A stretch of 64,000 nucleotides of DNA, from the NCBI GenBank assembly GCA_031459385.1, contig JAVKIP010000002.1, forward strand, positions 190,091 through 254,090, read 5' to 3'. Positions 8,643 through 18,065 of the stretch are shown piece by piece (the stretch's first letter is position 1; each line of letters opens with the position of its first letter). The notes beneath the pieces were generated by a model that ran no database searches, was not told the origin of the DNA, and worked only from the letters and a program-made list of their open reading frames with translations. The stretch is from Candidatus Fervidifonticultor secundus. GTDB lineage: Bacteria > Sysuimicrobiota > Sysuimicrobiia > Sysuimicrobiales > Humicultoraceae. Made by a program: the position numbers and the translations under genes.

Positions 8643-10421
8643 TCAGGCGCCGCCGTTCGTGACCGCCAGGTGCAACTCCCGGAGTACGCTGGCGTCGACG
8701 GGACTGGGCGCGCCGGTGAGCAGGTCCACGGCGCTGGCCGTCTTGGGGAACGCGATCACTTCCCGGATCGTGTGCTCCCCGGCCAACGCCATCACGAAGC
8801 GGTCCAGCCCAAACGCGATGCCCCCATGGGGCGGCGCGCCGTACTGGAGGGCGTCCAGCAGAAAGCCGAACCGCGCCCGCGCCTCCTCGGGCGTGATACC
8901 GAGCAACGCAAAGAGTCGCTCCTGCAGGCTGCGCTCATGGATGCGGATGCTCCCCCCGGCCACCTCGAGCCCATTGAGCACCAGGTCGTGCGCCTTGGCG
9001 CGTACCCGGGCGGGCGCGGTGTCGAGCAGCGGGCGATCCTCGTCCAGCGGCGCCGTGAAGGGATGGTGCACGGCAACGTGACGGCGTTCCTCGGGGCTGT
9101 ACTCAAGGAGCGGGAACTCCAGAATCCAGGCAAACCGCAGCTCCGTCGGTTCGGGCTGCCAGCCGCCGCGCTCCGCGACCAGGAGCCGGAGCCGCCCCAG
9201 TGCCGCGGCCACCCTCGCCTCGGGCCCTGCGGCCACCAGCAGGAGGTCGCCGTCTCCCGCGCCGAACCTGACGCGCAGCGCCTCCAGTTCGCCTGGACCC
9301 ATGTGGCGCGCCAGCGCGCCCCTGGGCCCTGCGGGTCCCAGGGCAACAGTGGCCAGGCCTTCGAGGCCGGCGGCCGTCGCGACCGCTCCCCAGGCCTCCA
9401 CCTCGCGCCGTGTCACACCCGCCAGCCCGGCCGCCCGCAGCCCCCGGACGACGCCACCGGCGCTGACGGCCGCCCGGAACCGCTCCACGCCGCCGGCTGC
9501 CGCCAGGTCGGTCAGGTCCACGATCTCGACCCCGATGCGCAGGTCGGGCTTGTCGGTTCCGTAGCGGCGTACCGCCTCGGCATACGACAGGCGCGGGAAC
9601 GGGCGCGCGACCCGGACACCGGCGGCCTCCTCCACAACCGCCGCCACCATCTCCTCGGTGACAGCCAGCACATCGTCCTGGCTGACGAAGCTCATCTCCA
9701 GGTCGATCTGCGTGAACTCGGGCTGGCGGTCGGCCCGCAGGTCTTCGTCGCGAAAGCACCGGACGATCTGAAAGTAGCGGTCGATGCCCGCGACCATGAG
9801 CAACTGCTTGAACAGCTGCGGCGACTGCGGCAGGGCGTAGAAGTGCCCCCGGTGCAGCCGGCTGGGCACCAGGAAGTCCCGCGCGCCCTCGGGCGTGCTC
9901 CGAATCAACATCGGCGTCTCGACTTCCAGGAACCCCAGCCGGTCGAGCACGCGGCGCGTGGCCAGCGCCACCCGATGGCGCAGGAGCAGGTTCCGGTACA
10001 TGCGGGGACGTCGCAGATCGAGGAACCGGTAGCGCAGCCGTACCGCCTCGTCCACCCCGCCGTCGTCACCCGGGGCGAACGGCGGCACCAGCGACGGCGC
10101 CAGCACCCGCAGCGCCTCCGCGCGCACTTCCACGTCGCCCGTTGGCAGGCGACGATTCTCGGTGCCGGCAGGCCGGCGTGCCACCACGCCCTCCACCCCC
10201 ACCACGTACTCACTCCGCACGGTCCCCGCGGTGACGCCGGCGTCCGGAGCCGCCCGCGGGTCCACCACGACCTGGACGACACCCTCGCGATCGCGCAGAT
10301 CCAGGAAGATCAGGCCCCCGAGATCGCGGCGGCGCTGGACCCACCCGGCCAGCCGGACCCGCTGGCCGGCGTGGGCCGGCCGGAGTTCCCCGCACATGTG
10401 GGAACGCAGTGCTGTCCTCAC
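8643..10421 (-). CDS. aspS: Aspartate--tRNA ligase
   Basis: RSHMCGELR, STPEGARDFLVPSR, LPQSPQLFKQ, FRDEDLRADRQPEFTQID and GAPPHGGIAFGLDR. The GTG start overlaps the hisS stop. Confidence 0.97.
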   Translation of the reverse strand: MRTALRSHMCGELRPAHAGQRVRLAGWVQRRRDLGGLIFLDLRDREGVVQVVVDPRAAPDAGVTAGTVRSEYVVGVEGVVARRPAGTENRRLPTGDVEVRAEALRVLAPSLVPPFAPGDDGGVDEAVRLRYRFLDLRRPRMYRNLLLRHRVALATRRVLDRLGFLEVETPMLIRSTPEGARDFLVPSRLHRGHFYALPQSPQLFKQLLMVAGIDRYFQIVRCFRDEDLRADRQPEFTQIDLEMSFVSQDDVLAVTEEMVAAVVEEAAGVRVARPFPRLSYAEAVRRYGTDKPDLRIGVEIVDLTDLAAAGGVERFRAAVSAGGVVRGLRAAGLAGVTRREVEAWGAVATAAGLEGLATVALGPAGPRGALARHMGPGELEALRVRFGAGDGDLLLVAAGPEARVAAALGRLRLLVAERGGWQPEPTELRFAWILEFPLLEYSPEERRHVAVHHPFTAPLDEDRPLLDTAPARVRAKAHDLVLNGLEVAGGSIRIHERSLQERLFALLGITPEEARARFGFLLDALQYGAPPHGGIAFGLDRFVMALAGEHTIREVIAFPKTASAVDLLTGAPSPVDASVLRELHLAVTNGGA

Positions 10422-11698
10422 CGCCGTGCCTCCTCGCCCAGCCGGGCGCGCAGCGTCGCCACCAGCGCATCGCGCGCCACGGTCTCCTGCCGCCCCGTGG
10501 CCATCGCGCGCACCGTCACCACACCTGCGCTCAGCTCGGCATCGCCCAGAACCGCTGCCACCTGTGCGCCGACGCGGTGGGCGTGGCGCATCTGGGCCCG
10601 GACGTCCCGGCCCAGCAGATCCACCTCCACGTGCAGCCCCGCGGCCCTGAGCTCGTCGGCCAGACGCAGGCCCGCCGGCCGCGCGGCGTCGCCCACCGTG
10701 ACAACCATCACCTGCACGCCGCTCCCGACAGCCGCCGCCAGCTCCTCCTGCTCGAGCACCAGGAGCAGCCGGTCGAGCCCCAGACCAAAGCCCACGCCGG
10801 GTGTCGGCGGGCCGCCGAGCTGCTCGGCCAGGCCATCGTAGCGACCGCCGCCGAAGACAGCATTCTGCGCGCCCAGGCGTCCGGAGTAGACTTCGAACGC
10901 GGTCCGCGTGTAGTAGTCCATGCCGCGGACGATGAACCGGTCGAGGACGTACGGAATCTCCAGGGTCTCCAGGTGGGCCCGCACGCCGGCGAAGTGCTCT
11001 GCGCACGGTGCGCAGAGCACGTCGACGATGGCCGGCGCTCCGGCGGCGACGCGGCGGCATCCTTCCTGCTTGCACTCCAGAATGCGGAGCGGCTGTCGCT
11101 CGAAGCGCCGCCGACAGTCGGCGCACAGCTCGTCCAGGAGCGGCCGGACGTACGCCCGCAGCGCCTCCAGGTAGCGCGGCCGGCAGGCCGCGTCGCCGAC
11201 GCTGTTGAGCCGCACCTCAACGTGTGCCAGCCCGAGCGCCTGCAGGAGCCGTACCGGCAGGCTGAGCACCTCGGCGTCGGCCGCAGGGTCGGCGCTGCCG
11301 ATGATCTCAGCGCCGAACTGCGTATGCTGGCGATACCGACCCTTCTGCGGACGGTCGTAGCGGAACATGCTGGCCAGGTAATACAGCTTCACGGGCTGCG
11401 GCCACTGGCGCAGGCCGTGCTCAAGGAAGGCCCGCACCACGCCGGCGGTCCCCTCCGGTCGCAGGCTCAGTGACCGCCCGCTGCGGTCGGCGAAGGTGTA
11501 CATCTCCTTTTCGACGATGTCCGTGGCCTCGCCCACGGTCCGCTGGAACACCTCGGTGTGCTCCACCACCGGCGTGCGGATCTCTCGAAAGCCGTACCGC
11601 GCGGCGAGCGCGTGTATGCGCGCCTCCAGAGCCTGCCAGCGTTCCACCTCGCCGGGCAGGATGTCGCGCATCCCGCGCGGTGCCTGGATCTCCGCCAC
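10418..11698 (-). CDS. hisS: Histidine--tRNA ligase
   Basis: PRGMRD, LRPEGTA, FRYDRPQKGRYRQH, VRGMDYY and GGGRYDGL. GTG at 11698 with RBS GAGGGGAGG. Confidence 0.97.
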   Translation of the reverse strand: MAEIQAPRGMRDILPGEVERWQALEARIHALAARYGFREIRTPVVEHTEVFQRTVGEATDIVEKEMYTFADRSGRSLSLRPEGTAGVVRAFLEHGLRQWPQPVKLYYLASMFRYDRPQKGRYRQHTQFGAEIIGSADPAADAEVLSLPVRLLQALGLAHVEVRLNSVGDAACRPRYLEALRAYVRPLLDELCADCRRRFERQPLRILECKQEGCRRVAAGAPAIVDVLCAPCAEHFAGVRAHLETLEIPYVLDRFIVRGMDYYTRTAFEVYSGRLGAQNAVFGGGRYDGLAEQLGGPPTPGVGFGLGLDRLLLVLEQEELAAAVGSGVQVMVVTVGDAARPAGLRLADELRAAGLHVEVDLLGRDVRAQMRHAHRVGAQVAAVLGDAELSAGVVTVRAMATGRQETVARDALVATLRARLGEEARR

Positions 11699-11726
11699 CG
11701 TGCCGCCTCCCCTCGCCTGCCCCGAC

Positions 11727-11990
11727 CAAACGCAGGCGCGCCCTCGCCCCACAGGGGCGAGAGCGCGCAGCTCCCGCGGTGCCACCCTGCTTGCCCTCCC
11801 GGTCGCTACCGCAACCGGGGTCTCGGCCACTCCCTCGCGATCACGGGCGAACCCGGACGCCTGCCCACCTGGGCGGCATCGGCTCAGGAGCTGTCGTTCG
11901 GTCCCGGGGAACCTGCAGGCGCTTCCAGCCCGCAGCGCGGGCGCCTGCTCTCTGCCAGGCGCCGGAACCTACTCCGCTCCGTCGTCGCCA
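11727..11990 (-). promoter_or_regulatory. T-box riboswitch (Asp specifier) upstream of hisS-aspS
   Basis: T-box motif AGGGTGGCACCGCG (11775-11788). Stem I carries AGUA, AGAGA and GCUGGAA elements; specifier GAC at 11893-11895; a GC hairpin follows. Confidence 0.9.
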
Positions 11991-12010
11991 ATGCGGCGAA
12001 ACCCGCATCT

Positions 12011-12041
12011 ATTCTAGCAGCGCCGGCCCCGCGCCGGTCAA
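12011..12041 (-). promoter_or_regulatory. Promoter of the T-box/hisS-aspS leader
   Basis: TTGACC-N19-TAGAAT with an extended TG. Confidence 0.55.
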
Positions 12042-12069
12042 CGACGTTCCGGCGACCCCAAGGCGGCGC

Positions 12070-12098
12070 TTGCGCCGGCCGTCGGCGTGGCCTATGCT
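12070..12098 (+). promoter_or_regulatory. Divergent promoter for the nucleotidyltransferase gene
   Basis: TTGCGC-N17-TATGCT. Confidence 0.5.
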
Positions 12099-12155
12099 AG
12101 CCAGTGATCCTGCGCGCCGACAGCCGGCGCCCCATCATGCGCGGGGAGGTATGGC

Positions 12156-12863
12156 GTGCACGCGGTCATCTTGGCCGGCGGACGCGGAGAGCGTCTGCGG
12201 CCATTCACCGAGGATCGACCCAAGCCCATGGTGGAGATCATGGGGGTCCCGCTCCTGGCCTACCAGCTGCACTGGCTGCAGACCCAGGGCGTCACCGAGG
12301 TGGTCATCGGCTGCGGCTACCGGCACGAGGTGATCACGGACTACTTCGGCGACGGCGCCAAGTGGGGCATGCGCATCCACTATGCCGTGGAGGACGAGCC
12401 GTTGGGCCGCGGCGGGGCCATCAAGCACGCCTACCGCCGCCTGCCCGGCACTCCCGCCCTCATCGTTGCCACCAACGGGGATGTCATCACGAATCTGCCG
12501 CTGCTGCCGGTCGTTGAGCACCATCGCGCGCGAGGGTTCCTGGCCACCGTGGTCCTCACCCCGTATGTGAGCACCTACGGCCTGGTGGAAGTCGACGCCC
12601 ACGATCGGGTCGTGGCGTTCCACGAGAAGCCCACGCTGCCCTACTGGGTCAACGCCGGGGTTTACATCCTCTCGAACCAGGCCGTGGAGCTGTTTCCCGA
12701 CACCGGCGACCACGAGACGACCATCTTCCCCGCGCTGGCGGCGCAGGGCCGGCTCGGCGCGTACAAATCCACCGCCTACTGGCGGGCGGTGGACACGGTG
12801 AAGGATCTCTCGGAGGTGAAGAAGGAGCTGGAGCGCCGGCTGCTCAGTGCGTTCCTGGCGTAG
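12156..12863 (+). CDS. Sugar-phosphate nucleotidyltransferase family protein
   Basis: AVILAGGRGERLRPFTEDRPKPMV, EPLGRGG, NGD, FHEKP and NAGVY. Confidence 0.9.
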   Translation: MHAVILAGGRGERLRPFTEDRPKPMVEIMGVPLLAYQLHWLQTQGVTEVVIGCGYRHEVITDYFGDGAKWGMRIHYAVEDEPLGRGGAIKHAYRRLPGTPALIVATNGDVITNLPLLPVVEHHRARGFLATVVLTPYVSTYGLVEVDAHDRVVAFHEKPTLPYWVNAGVYILSNQAVELFPDTGDHETTIFPALAAQGRLGAYKSTAYWRAVDTVKDLSEVKKELERRLLSAFLA

Positions 12864-13314
12864 CCCGGGCTCGCGGGACGACCTCGAGTACCAGCGTGAC
12901 GGGGCCGTCGTTGTAGATTTCCACCAGCATGGACGCTCCGAAGCGCCCGGTGGCGACCCGGATCCCGTGGGCGCGCAGGCGCTCCGCCACCCGCGCGCAC
13001 AGCGGCGCGGCACGCTCCGGCGGCGCCGCGCGCGCGAACGACGGCCGCCGGCCGCGGCTGGTATCACCGTAGAGGGTGAACTGTGGCACGAGCAAGACCT
13101 CGCCGCCGACGTCGAGCAGCGACCGGTTCAGCTTGCCGGCGCTGTCGTCGAAGAAGCGCAGGTGGGCCAGCTTGTCGGCCATGGCGTCGGCTTCGGCGGG
13201 ACTGTCGCCGTCCCCCACGCCGAGGAGGACCACGACGCCTCGGCCAATGACCCCGACGGGCGTCTCGCCCACCCGCGCCACGCCGCGCATCACCCGCTGG
13301 ACGACCGCGCGCAC
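12844..13314 (-). CDS. dtd: D-aminoacyl-tRNA deacylase
   Basis: MRAVVQRV, VPQFTLYG, GRRPSF and NDGPVT. Confidence 0.95.
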   Translation of the reverse strand: MRAVVQRVMRGVARVGETPVGVIGRGVVVLLGVGDGDSPAEADAMADKLAHLRFFDDSAGKLNRSLLDVGGEVLLVPQFTLYGDTSRGRRPSFARAAPPERAAPLCARVAERLRAHGIRVATGRFGASMLVEIYNDGPVTLVLEVVPRARATPGTH

Positions 13315-13316
13315 GG

Positions 13317-14510
13317 CTACGGTGCGGGCGCGCCGGCCGCCAGCACCTCTCGGAGCGCGGCGACCACCTGCTGCGAGTCGTCAGGCGTGTTGTAGAAGTA
13401 GGGGGACAGGCGCACGAGCCCGGGGCGGGCGTCCACCACGATACCCCGCGCACGCAGTCCCGTGACGACGCCGGGAGGGTCCGGGACGGGCACCGTCACG
13501 ATGCCAGCGTGCCCGTCGAGGGCGATCGGCACGCGGGGCGTCAGACCCGCGGCGCGCAGCCGATCCACCAGATCGGCGACCAGCTCGAGCTGACGGCGGC
13601 GGAGCTGCGTCGCGCCGATCTCGAGCACGATCTCCAGCCCAGCGTCTGCGGCGTACGCCGCCGCCAGGGCCGGCGTGCCCCCCTCGAAGCGCCGCGCGTC
13701 CGCTGCGGGCTCGAACCGGTCGGTGCGGAACGCGAACTGGTCGCGATGCGCGAACCACCCGACCGCGCTCGGGTGCAGGTGCTCGTGCAGCTCACGGCGA
13801 ACGTAGAGGAACGCGAACCCCGGCCCACCGAGCAGCCACTTCAATCCCCCCGTGACCAGGAAGTCGACCCCGAGCGCACGGACGTCGGTCGGCAGCTGGC
13901 CGGTGGCCTGGTAGGCGTCGATGAGGCACAGGGCGCCCCGGCGGTGCGCCAGGTCGGCCAGCGCGGCGACGTCCTGCACGTAGCCGCTGGTGTAGTAGAC
14001 ATGGGAGGCCACGATCAGGGACGTCCGCACATCGGCGGCAGCGGCGTACGCCTCCACTGGCGTCGTGACCGCGTCGGGATCGCCCACAACGCTGGGCGCA
14101 AGACCAGTGGGCTCTCTGGCGAGCCACTGGTAGACCGTAGTGGGGAAGTCGAGCCGGCTGACGACCACCCGGGGGCGCCGCGGGTCCCAGACCGCGCTGG
14201 CGACGGCGGTGAGGGCAGCCGTAATGGATGGGAAGAGGGCGACCTCCTCGGGTGCCGCGCCGATGACCCGCGCGCACTTCGCACGCAGTGCCGCGAGGCG
14301 CTCCCACCACGGTCCGTACCACGCCGCGGCGCCGTGCGCGTGCCACAGGTCCAAAAACCGCCGGACGGCGGCCTCGACCCGCACCGACAACGCCCCCAGC
14401 GAGCACGTGTTGAAGTACACGGCCCGCCGGAAGATGGGGAACTCCTGACGCCAGCGCCCCCAGTCCGGCGCGGCGGCCCCGGGCATCGGCAGCTGGTCGG
14501 GCGCGGGCAC
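13317..14510 (-). CDS. Class V PLP-dependent enzyme (kynureninase/cysteine desulfurase-like)
   Basis: YFNTCSLG, DAYQATG, GGLKWLLGGPG (PLP lysine), RFEGGTP and RLSPYFYN. Confidence 0.85.
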   Translation of the reverse strand: MPAPDQLPMPGAAAPDWGRWRQEFPIFRRAVYFNTCSLGALSVRVEAAVRRFLDLWHAHGAAAWYGPWWERLAALRAKCARVIGAAPEEVALFPSITAALTAVASAVWDPRRPRVVVSRLDFPTTVYQWLAREPTGLAPSVVGDPDAVTTPVEAYAAAADVRTSLIVASHVYYTSGYVQDVAALADLAHRRGALCLIDAYQATGQLPTDVRALGVDFLVTGGLKWLLGGPGFAFLYVRRELHEHLHPSAVGWFAHRDQFAFRTDRFEPAADARRFEGGTPALAAAYAADAGLEIVLEIGATQLRRRQLELVADLVDRLRAAGLTPRVPIALDGHAGIVTVPVPDPPGVVTGLRARGIVVDARPGLVRLSPYFYNTPDDSQQVVAALREVLAAGAPAP

Positions 14511-14516
14511 CGCCCC

Positions 14517-15698
14517 CTACGTGCGCCGGACCGGCTCCAGCACCTTCAGCCGCCGCCGGACGTCCTCAAGGGTCTGGCGGCGCTTGGGGTACGCGAACCG
14601 CACGTACTGTCGGCCGGCGGCGGGATCGCGGTAGAAACTGCTGCCGGGCACAGCCCCCACGCCGCAGCGCTCGACGAGCGCCCGTGCGAAGGTGGTGTCG
14701 TCGGGACTCCCAAACGCGCTGATCTCGGCCATGATGTAGTACGCGCCGCGCGGGGGCAGGCACCGGAAGCCGGCGTCCGTCAGGATCTCCAAGAGCAGGT
14801 CGCGTTTCTGCTGGTACATGGCGGACAGCTGCGTGTAGTAGTCACGCGGGAAGCGTAGCGCCACGGCGCTGGCCTCCTGCAACGCCGCGGCCGCACCCAC
14901 CGTGAGGAAGTCGTGCGCCTTGCGGATACCGTCAGCGATGGCGGGATCGCCGGCAATGGCCCAGCCGACCCGCCAGCCGGTGACGCTGTAGGTCTTGGAC
15001 ATGCTGTTGATGGTCACGGTTCGGTCGAACATGCCGGGGAGCGCCGCCAGGCTCAGGTGTTCCGCGCCGTCGTAGACGATGTGCTCGTACACCTCGTCGG
15101 TGATGGCCAGCGCGTCCCACCGCTGGCAGAGGGCGGCGATCAGCTCCAGCTCCGCGCGGGTGAACACTTTACCGGTGGGGTTGTGGGGGGTGTTGACGAT
15201 GATGGCGCGGGTACGCGGTCCGAAGGCCGCGCGCAACTCGTCGGGATCGAACGGCAGGCCAGGCGCGTCCAGGCGCAGCCGGACGTGGCGCAGGCTGGCC
15301 CCGGACAGCAACGCATCGGGCCCGTAGTTCTCGTAGAACGGCTCGAAGACCACGACCTCGTCCCCGGGGTCCAGCACGGCCAGGAGGGTGGCCATCATGG
15401 CCTCGGTGGCGCCGCAGGTGACGGTGATGTGTCGATCAGGGTCCACCGAGAGGCCGTTGTACCACGCCACCTTTTCGGCCAGGGCCTGCCGCAGGCGCGG
15501 CGACCCCCACGTGACGGCGTACTGGTTCCACCCGTCGCGCAGGGCCCGGACCGCCGCCTCGACGAGCTCCGGCGGGGCGTCGAAGTCCGGAAATCCCTGG
15601 GCCAGGTTGATGCCCCCGTGCTGGTCCGTGATGCGGGTCATCTCGCGAATGACCGATTCCGTGAACAGGTTCACTCTCGCCGCCGTCGTGCGCTTCAC
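14517..15698 (-). CDS. Class I/II PLP aminotransferase (methionine/kynurenine aminotransferase-like)
   Basis: INLAQGFPD, GATEA, NTPHNPTG, DEVYEH and SKTYSVTGWRVG. Confidence 0.9.
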   Translation of the reverse strand: MKRTTAARVNLFTESVIREMTRITDQHGGINLAQGFPDFDAPPELVEAAVRALRDGWNQYAVTWGSPRLRQALAEKVAWYNGLSVDPDRHITVTCGATEAMMATLLAVLDPGDEVVVFEPFYENYGPDALLSGASLRHVRLRLDAPGLPFDPDELRAAFGPRTRAIIVNTPHNPTGKVFTRAELELIAALCQRWDALAITDEVYEHIVYDGAEHLSLAALPGMFDRTVTINSMSKTYSVTGWRVGWAIAGDPAIADGIRKAHDFLTVGAAAALQEASAVALRFPRDYYTQLSAMYQQKRDLLLEILTDAGFRCLPPRGAYYIMAEISAFGSPDDTTFARALVERCGVGAVPGSSFYRDPAAGRQYVRFAYPKRRQTLEDVRRRLKVLEPVRRT

Positions 15699-15748
15699 GC
15701 CGTCCCCCCTGCGTGATGATCGATGTGGTGCGCGGTACACCCGGGCGG

Positions 15749-17956
15749 TCAGGTGGGTACCACGCGGGCCACGTTGAAGACCTCCGGGACCTTCTCGATC
15801 TTCTGCATGACCCCGTGGAGCTGGCCCACGTTGCGGATGTCGAGGACGATGTTGGTGACCGCGACCTTGTCCCTGCGGACCCGGGCATTGACGGAGATGA
15901 CGTTGGTCTTGGTCTCCGCAATGGCGGCCAGGATGTCTTTCAGGAGCCCGACGCGGTCAAAGGCCTCCACCTCGACCTCGACCTGGTAGGGACCCTCGTG
16001 TGCCCGCTCCCACTCCACCTCCATGACCCGCTCGGGGTGCGCCCGCAGAAACGCGATGTTGGGGCAGTCGCTCCGGTGGATGGTGACGCCCCGCCCTCGG
16101 GTTACGTAGCCGACGATGCGGTCGCCGGGCAGGGGCGTGCAGCACCGCGCGAAGTGCATGAGCACGTTGTCCACGCCGCGGATCCGCACCCCGCGGGACG
16201 CCTGGGTCGGCGGCCCCGCCGGCGGGGAGGGCAGCACCTGGACCTCCTCGGTCGGCGCCTCGCCCCGCAGGGCCCCCACCACGTGCAGCAGCGACACGTC
16301 ACCGTTGCCGATGGCGGCCAGCAGTTCCTCCTCGGAGCGCAGGTTGAACTGCGCCGCCACCTCCCGCAGGCGCTCGGCCTTCATGGCCGCTGCCACCGCG
16401 CCGGTGCGCCGCAGCTCGCGTTCCAGCAGCTCCCGCCCGCGAACGACGTTCTCCTGGTGGCGCTCCTTCTTGAACCACTGCTTGATCTTCGACCGCGCGT
16501 TGCTGGTCACCACGAACCCCAGCCAGTCGCGGCTCGGGCCCGGGCTGGACTTGTTCGTGACGATCTCCACGATGTCACCGGTGTGCAGCCTGTGCGACAG
16601 CGGCACCAGGCGGCCGTTCACCTTGGCCCCCACCGTGTGGTGGCCGACGTCGGTGTGAATGCGGTACGCGAAGTCCACGGGGGTGGCGCCCGCCGGCAGG
16701 TCGACGACGTCTCCCTTGGGCGTGAAGACGAACACCTCGTTCTGGAACAGGTCCAGACGGATCGACTCGACGAACTCCCGGGCGTCTGCCAGATCCTGCT
16801 GCCACTCCAGGAGCTGGCGCAGCCACGCCAGCTTGCGCTCGACCTCGCGCTCGGCGGCCGAGCCCTGCTTGTACTTCCAGTGGGCCGCGATCCCGTGCTC
16901 GGCTTCATGGTGCATCTGGTGGGTGCGGATCTGGATCTCCAGCGGCTCGCCCTCGTAGAGAACTGCCGTGTGCAGCGACTGGTAGCCACTGGTCTTGGGG
17001 TTGGCGATGTAATCATCGAACTCCCCGGGGATCGGCTTCCACAGCGAATGCACGACGCCCAGGGCCGCGTAGCAGTCCTTGACGTCGTCTACCAGAACGC
17101 GGATACCCAGCCGGTCGTAGATCCTGGCGATGCTCTGGCCCGTGTACTTCGGCCGCTGCAGCTTCTTCCAGATGCTGTAGAGATGCTTGGGCCGTCCGGT
17201 GATGTGCCGGCGGTCGATCTTGATCCCGGCCTTCTGCAACTCGCGGTGCAGCACCGTGCACACCCGGTCGACCAGCGCCTGCCGGGCCTCTTCCGCCTGC
17301 GCGAGTTCCCGCGCGATCTCGGCATGGGTCTCCGGGTGGAGCTCGCGGAACGCCAGATCTTCCAGTTCCTTTTGGAGACTGCCGATGCCCAGGCGCTCGG
17401 CCAGCGGGGCGTAGATCTCTAGGGTCTCCTGGGCGGTGCGCTTCCGCTTCCACTCGGGCAACGGTGCGATCGTCCGCATGTTGTGCAGGCGGTCGGCGAG
17501 TTTGATGAGCACGATGCGGATGTCGTTGGCCATGGCCAGGAACATCTTGCGCAGACTCTCGGCCTGGCGCTCCTCGCGGCTCTGCCACTCGATCTTGCCC
17601 AGCTTGGTCACGCCGTCCACCAGCGCGGCGATCTCGGGGCCGAAGCGCTCCCGGAGCTCAGTCGCCTCCACGCCGGTGTCCTCCAGCACGTCGTGGAGCA
17701 GCGCGGCCGCCACCGTCGTGGGATCGAGGTGTAGCTCCGCCAGGATGGTGGCGACGGCCACGCAGTGGGACACGTAGGGCTCCCCTGACGCGCGCGTCTG
17801 GCCCTCGTGCGCCCGGGCGGCAGCCAGGTACGCGTCGCGCACAACGTCCAGATCGGCCTTGGGGAACCGCTGGCGCAGCGTCGCCACCAGGCCCTGGACC
17901 TCGGCAGGCAGCGCCTGGAAGCTGCTCGGTTGTCGGAGCAGGTCCAGCCACTTCAC
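15749..17956 (-). CDS. relA: Bifunctional (p)ppGpp synthetase/hydrolase (long RSH)
   Basis: LLHDVLED hydrolase motif, KLADRLHNMRT, RPKHLYS, GYQSLHT, EIQIRT, and TGS, ZFD (CC..PGD..H..C) and ACT domains. Confidence 0.96.
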   Translation of the reverse strand: MKWLDLLRQPSSFQALPAEVQGLVATLRQRFPKADLDVVRDAYLAAARAHEGQTRASGEPYVSHCVAVATILAELHLDPTTVAAALLHDVLEDTGVEATELRERFGPEIAALVDGVTKLGKIEWQSREERQAESLRKMFLAMANDIRIVLIKLADRLHNMRTIAPLPEWKRKRTAQETLEIYAPLAERLGIGSLQKELEDLAFRELHPETHAEIARELAQAEEARQALVDRVCTVLHRELQKAGIKIDRRHITGRPKHLYSIWKKLQRPKYTGQSIARIYDRLGIRVLVDDVKDCYAALGVVHSLWKPIPGEFDDYIANPKTSGYQSLHTAVLYEGEPLEIQIRTHQMHHEAEHGIAAHWKYKQGSAAEREVERKLAWLRQLLEWQQDLADAREFVESIRLDLFQNEVFVFTPKGDVVDLPAGATPVDFAYRIHTDVGHHTVGAKVNGRLVPLSHRLHTGDIVEIVTNKSSPGPSRDWLGFVVTSNARSKIKQWFKKERHQENVVRGRELLERELRRTGAVAAAMKAERLREVAAQFNLRSEEELLAAIGNGDVSLLHVVGALRGEAPTEEVQVLPSPPAGPPTQASRGVRIRGVDNVLMHFARCCTPLPGDRIVGYVTRGRGVTIHRSDCPNIAFLRAHPERVMEVEWERAHEGPYQVEVEVEAFDRVGLLKDILAAIAETKTNVISVNARVRRDKVAVTNIVLDIRNVGQLHGVMQKIEKVPEVFNVARVVPT

Positions 17957-18065
17957 GGGGCGTCACCCCGCACCGCGTCTGTCACCATGTGCCCGTAGAT
18001 GTGGCCAATATGTATAATAATTCGCGGTTTCCCCCCAGGCACCTTCCGGGCCAGGCGAGCGACCG

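Noticed and set aside
8268..10841. 857-aa plus-strand ORF
   Set aside because: Antisense shadow of aspS/hisS. Stop codons are scarce in GC-rich DNA and the ORF has no recognisable motifs.
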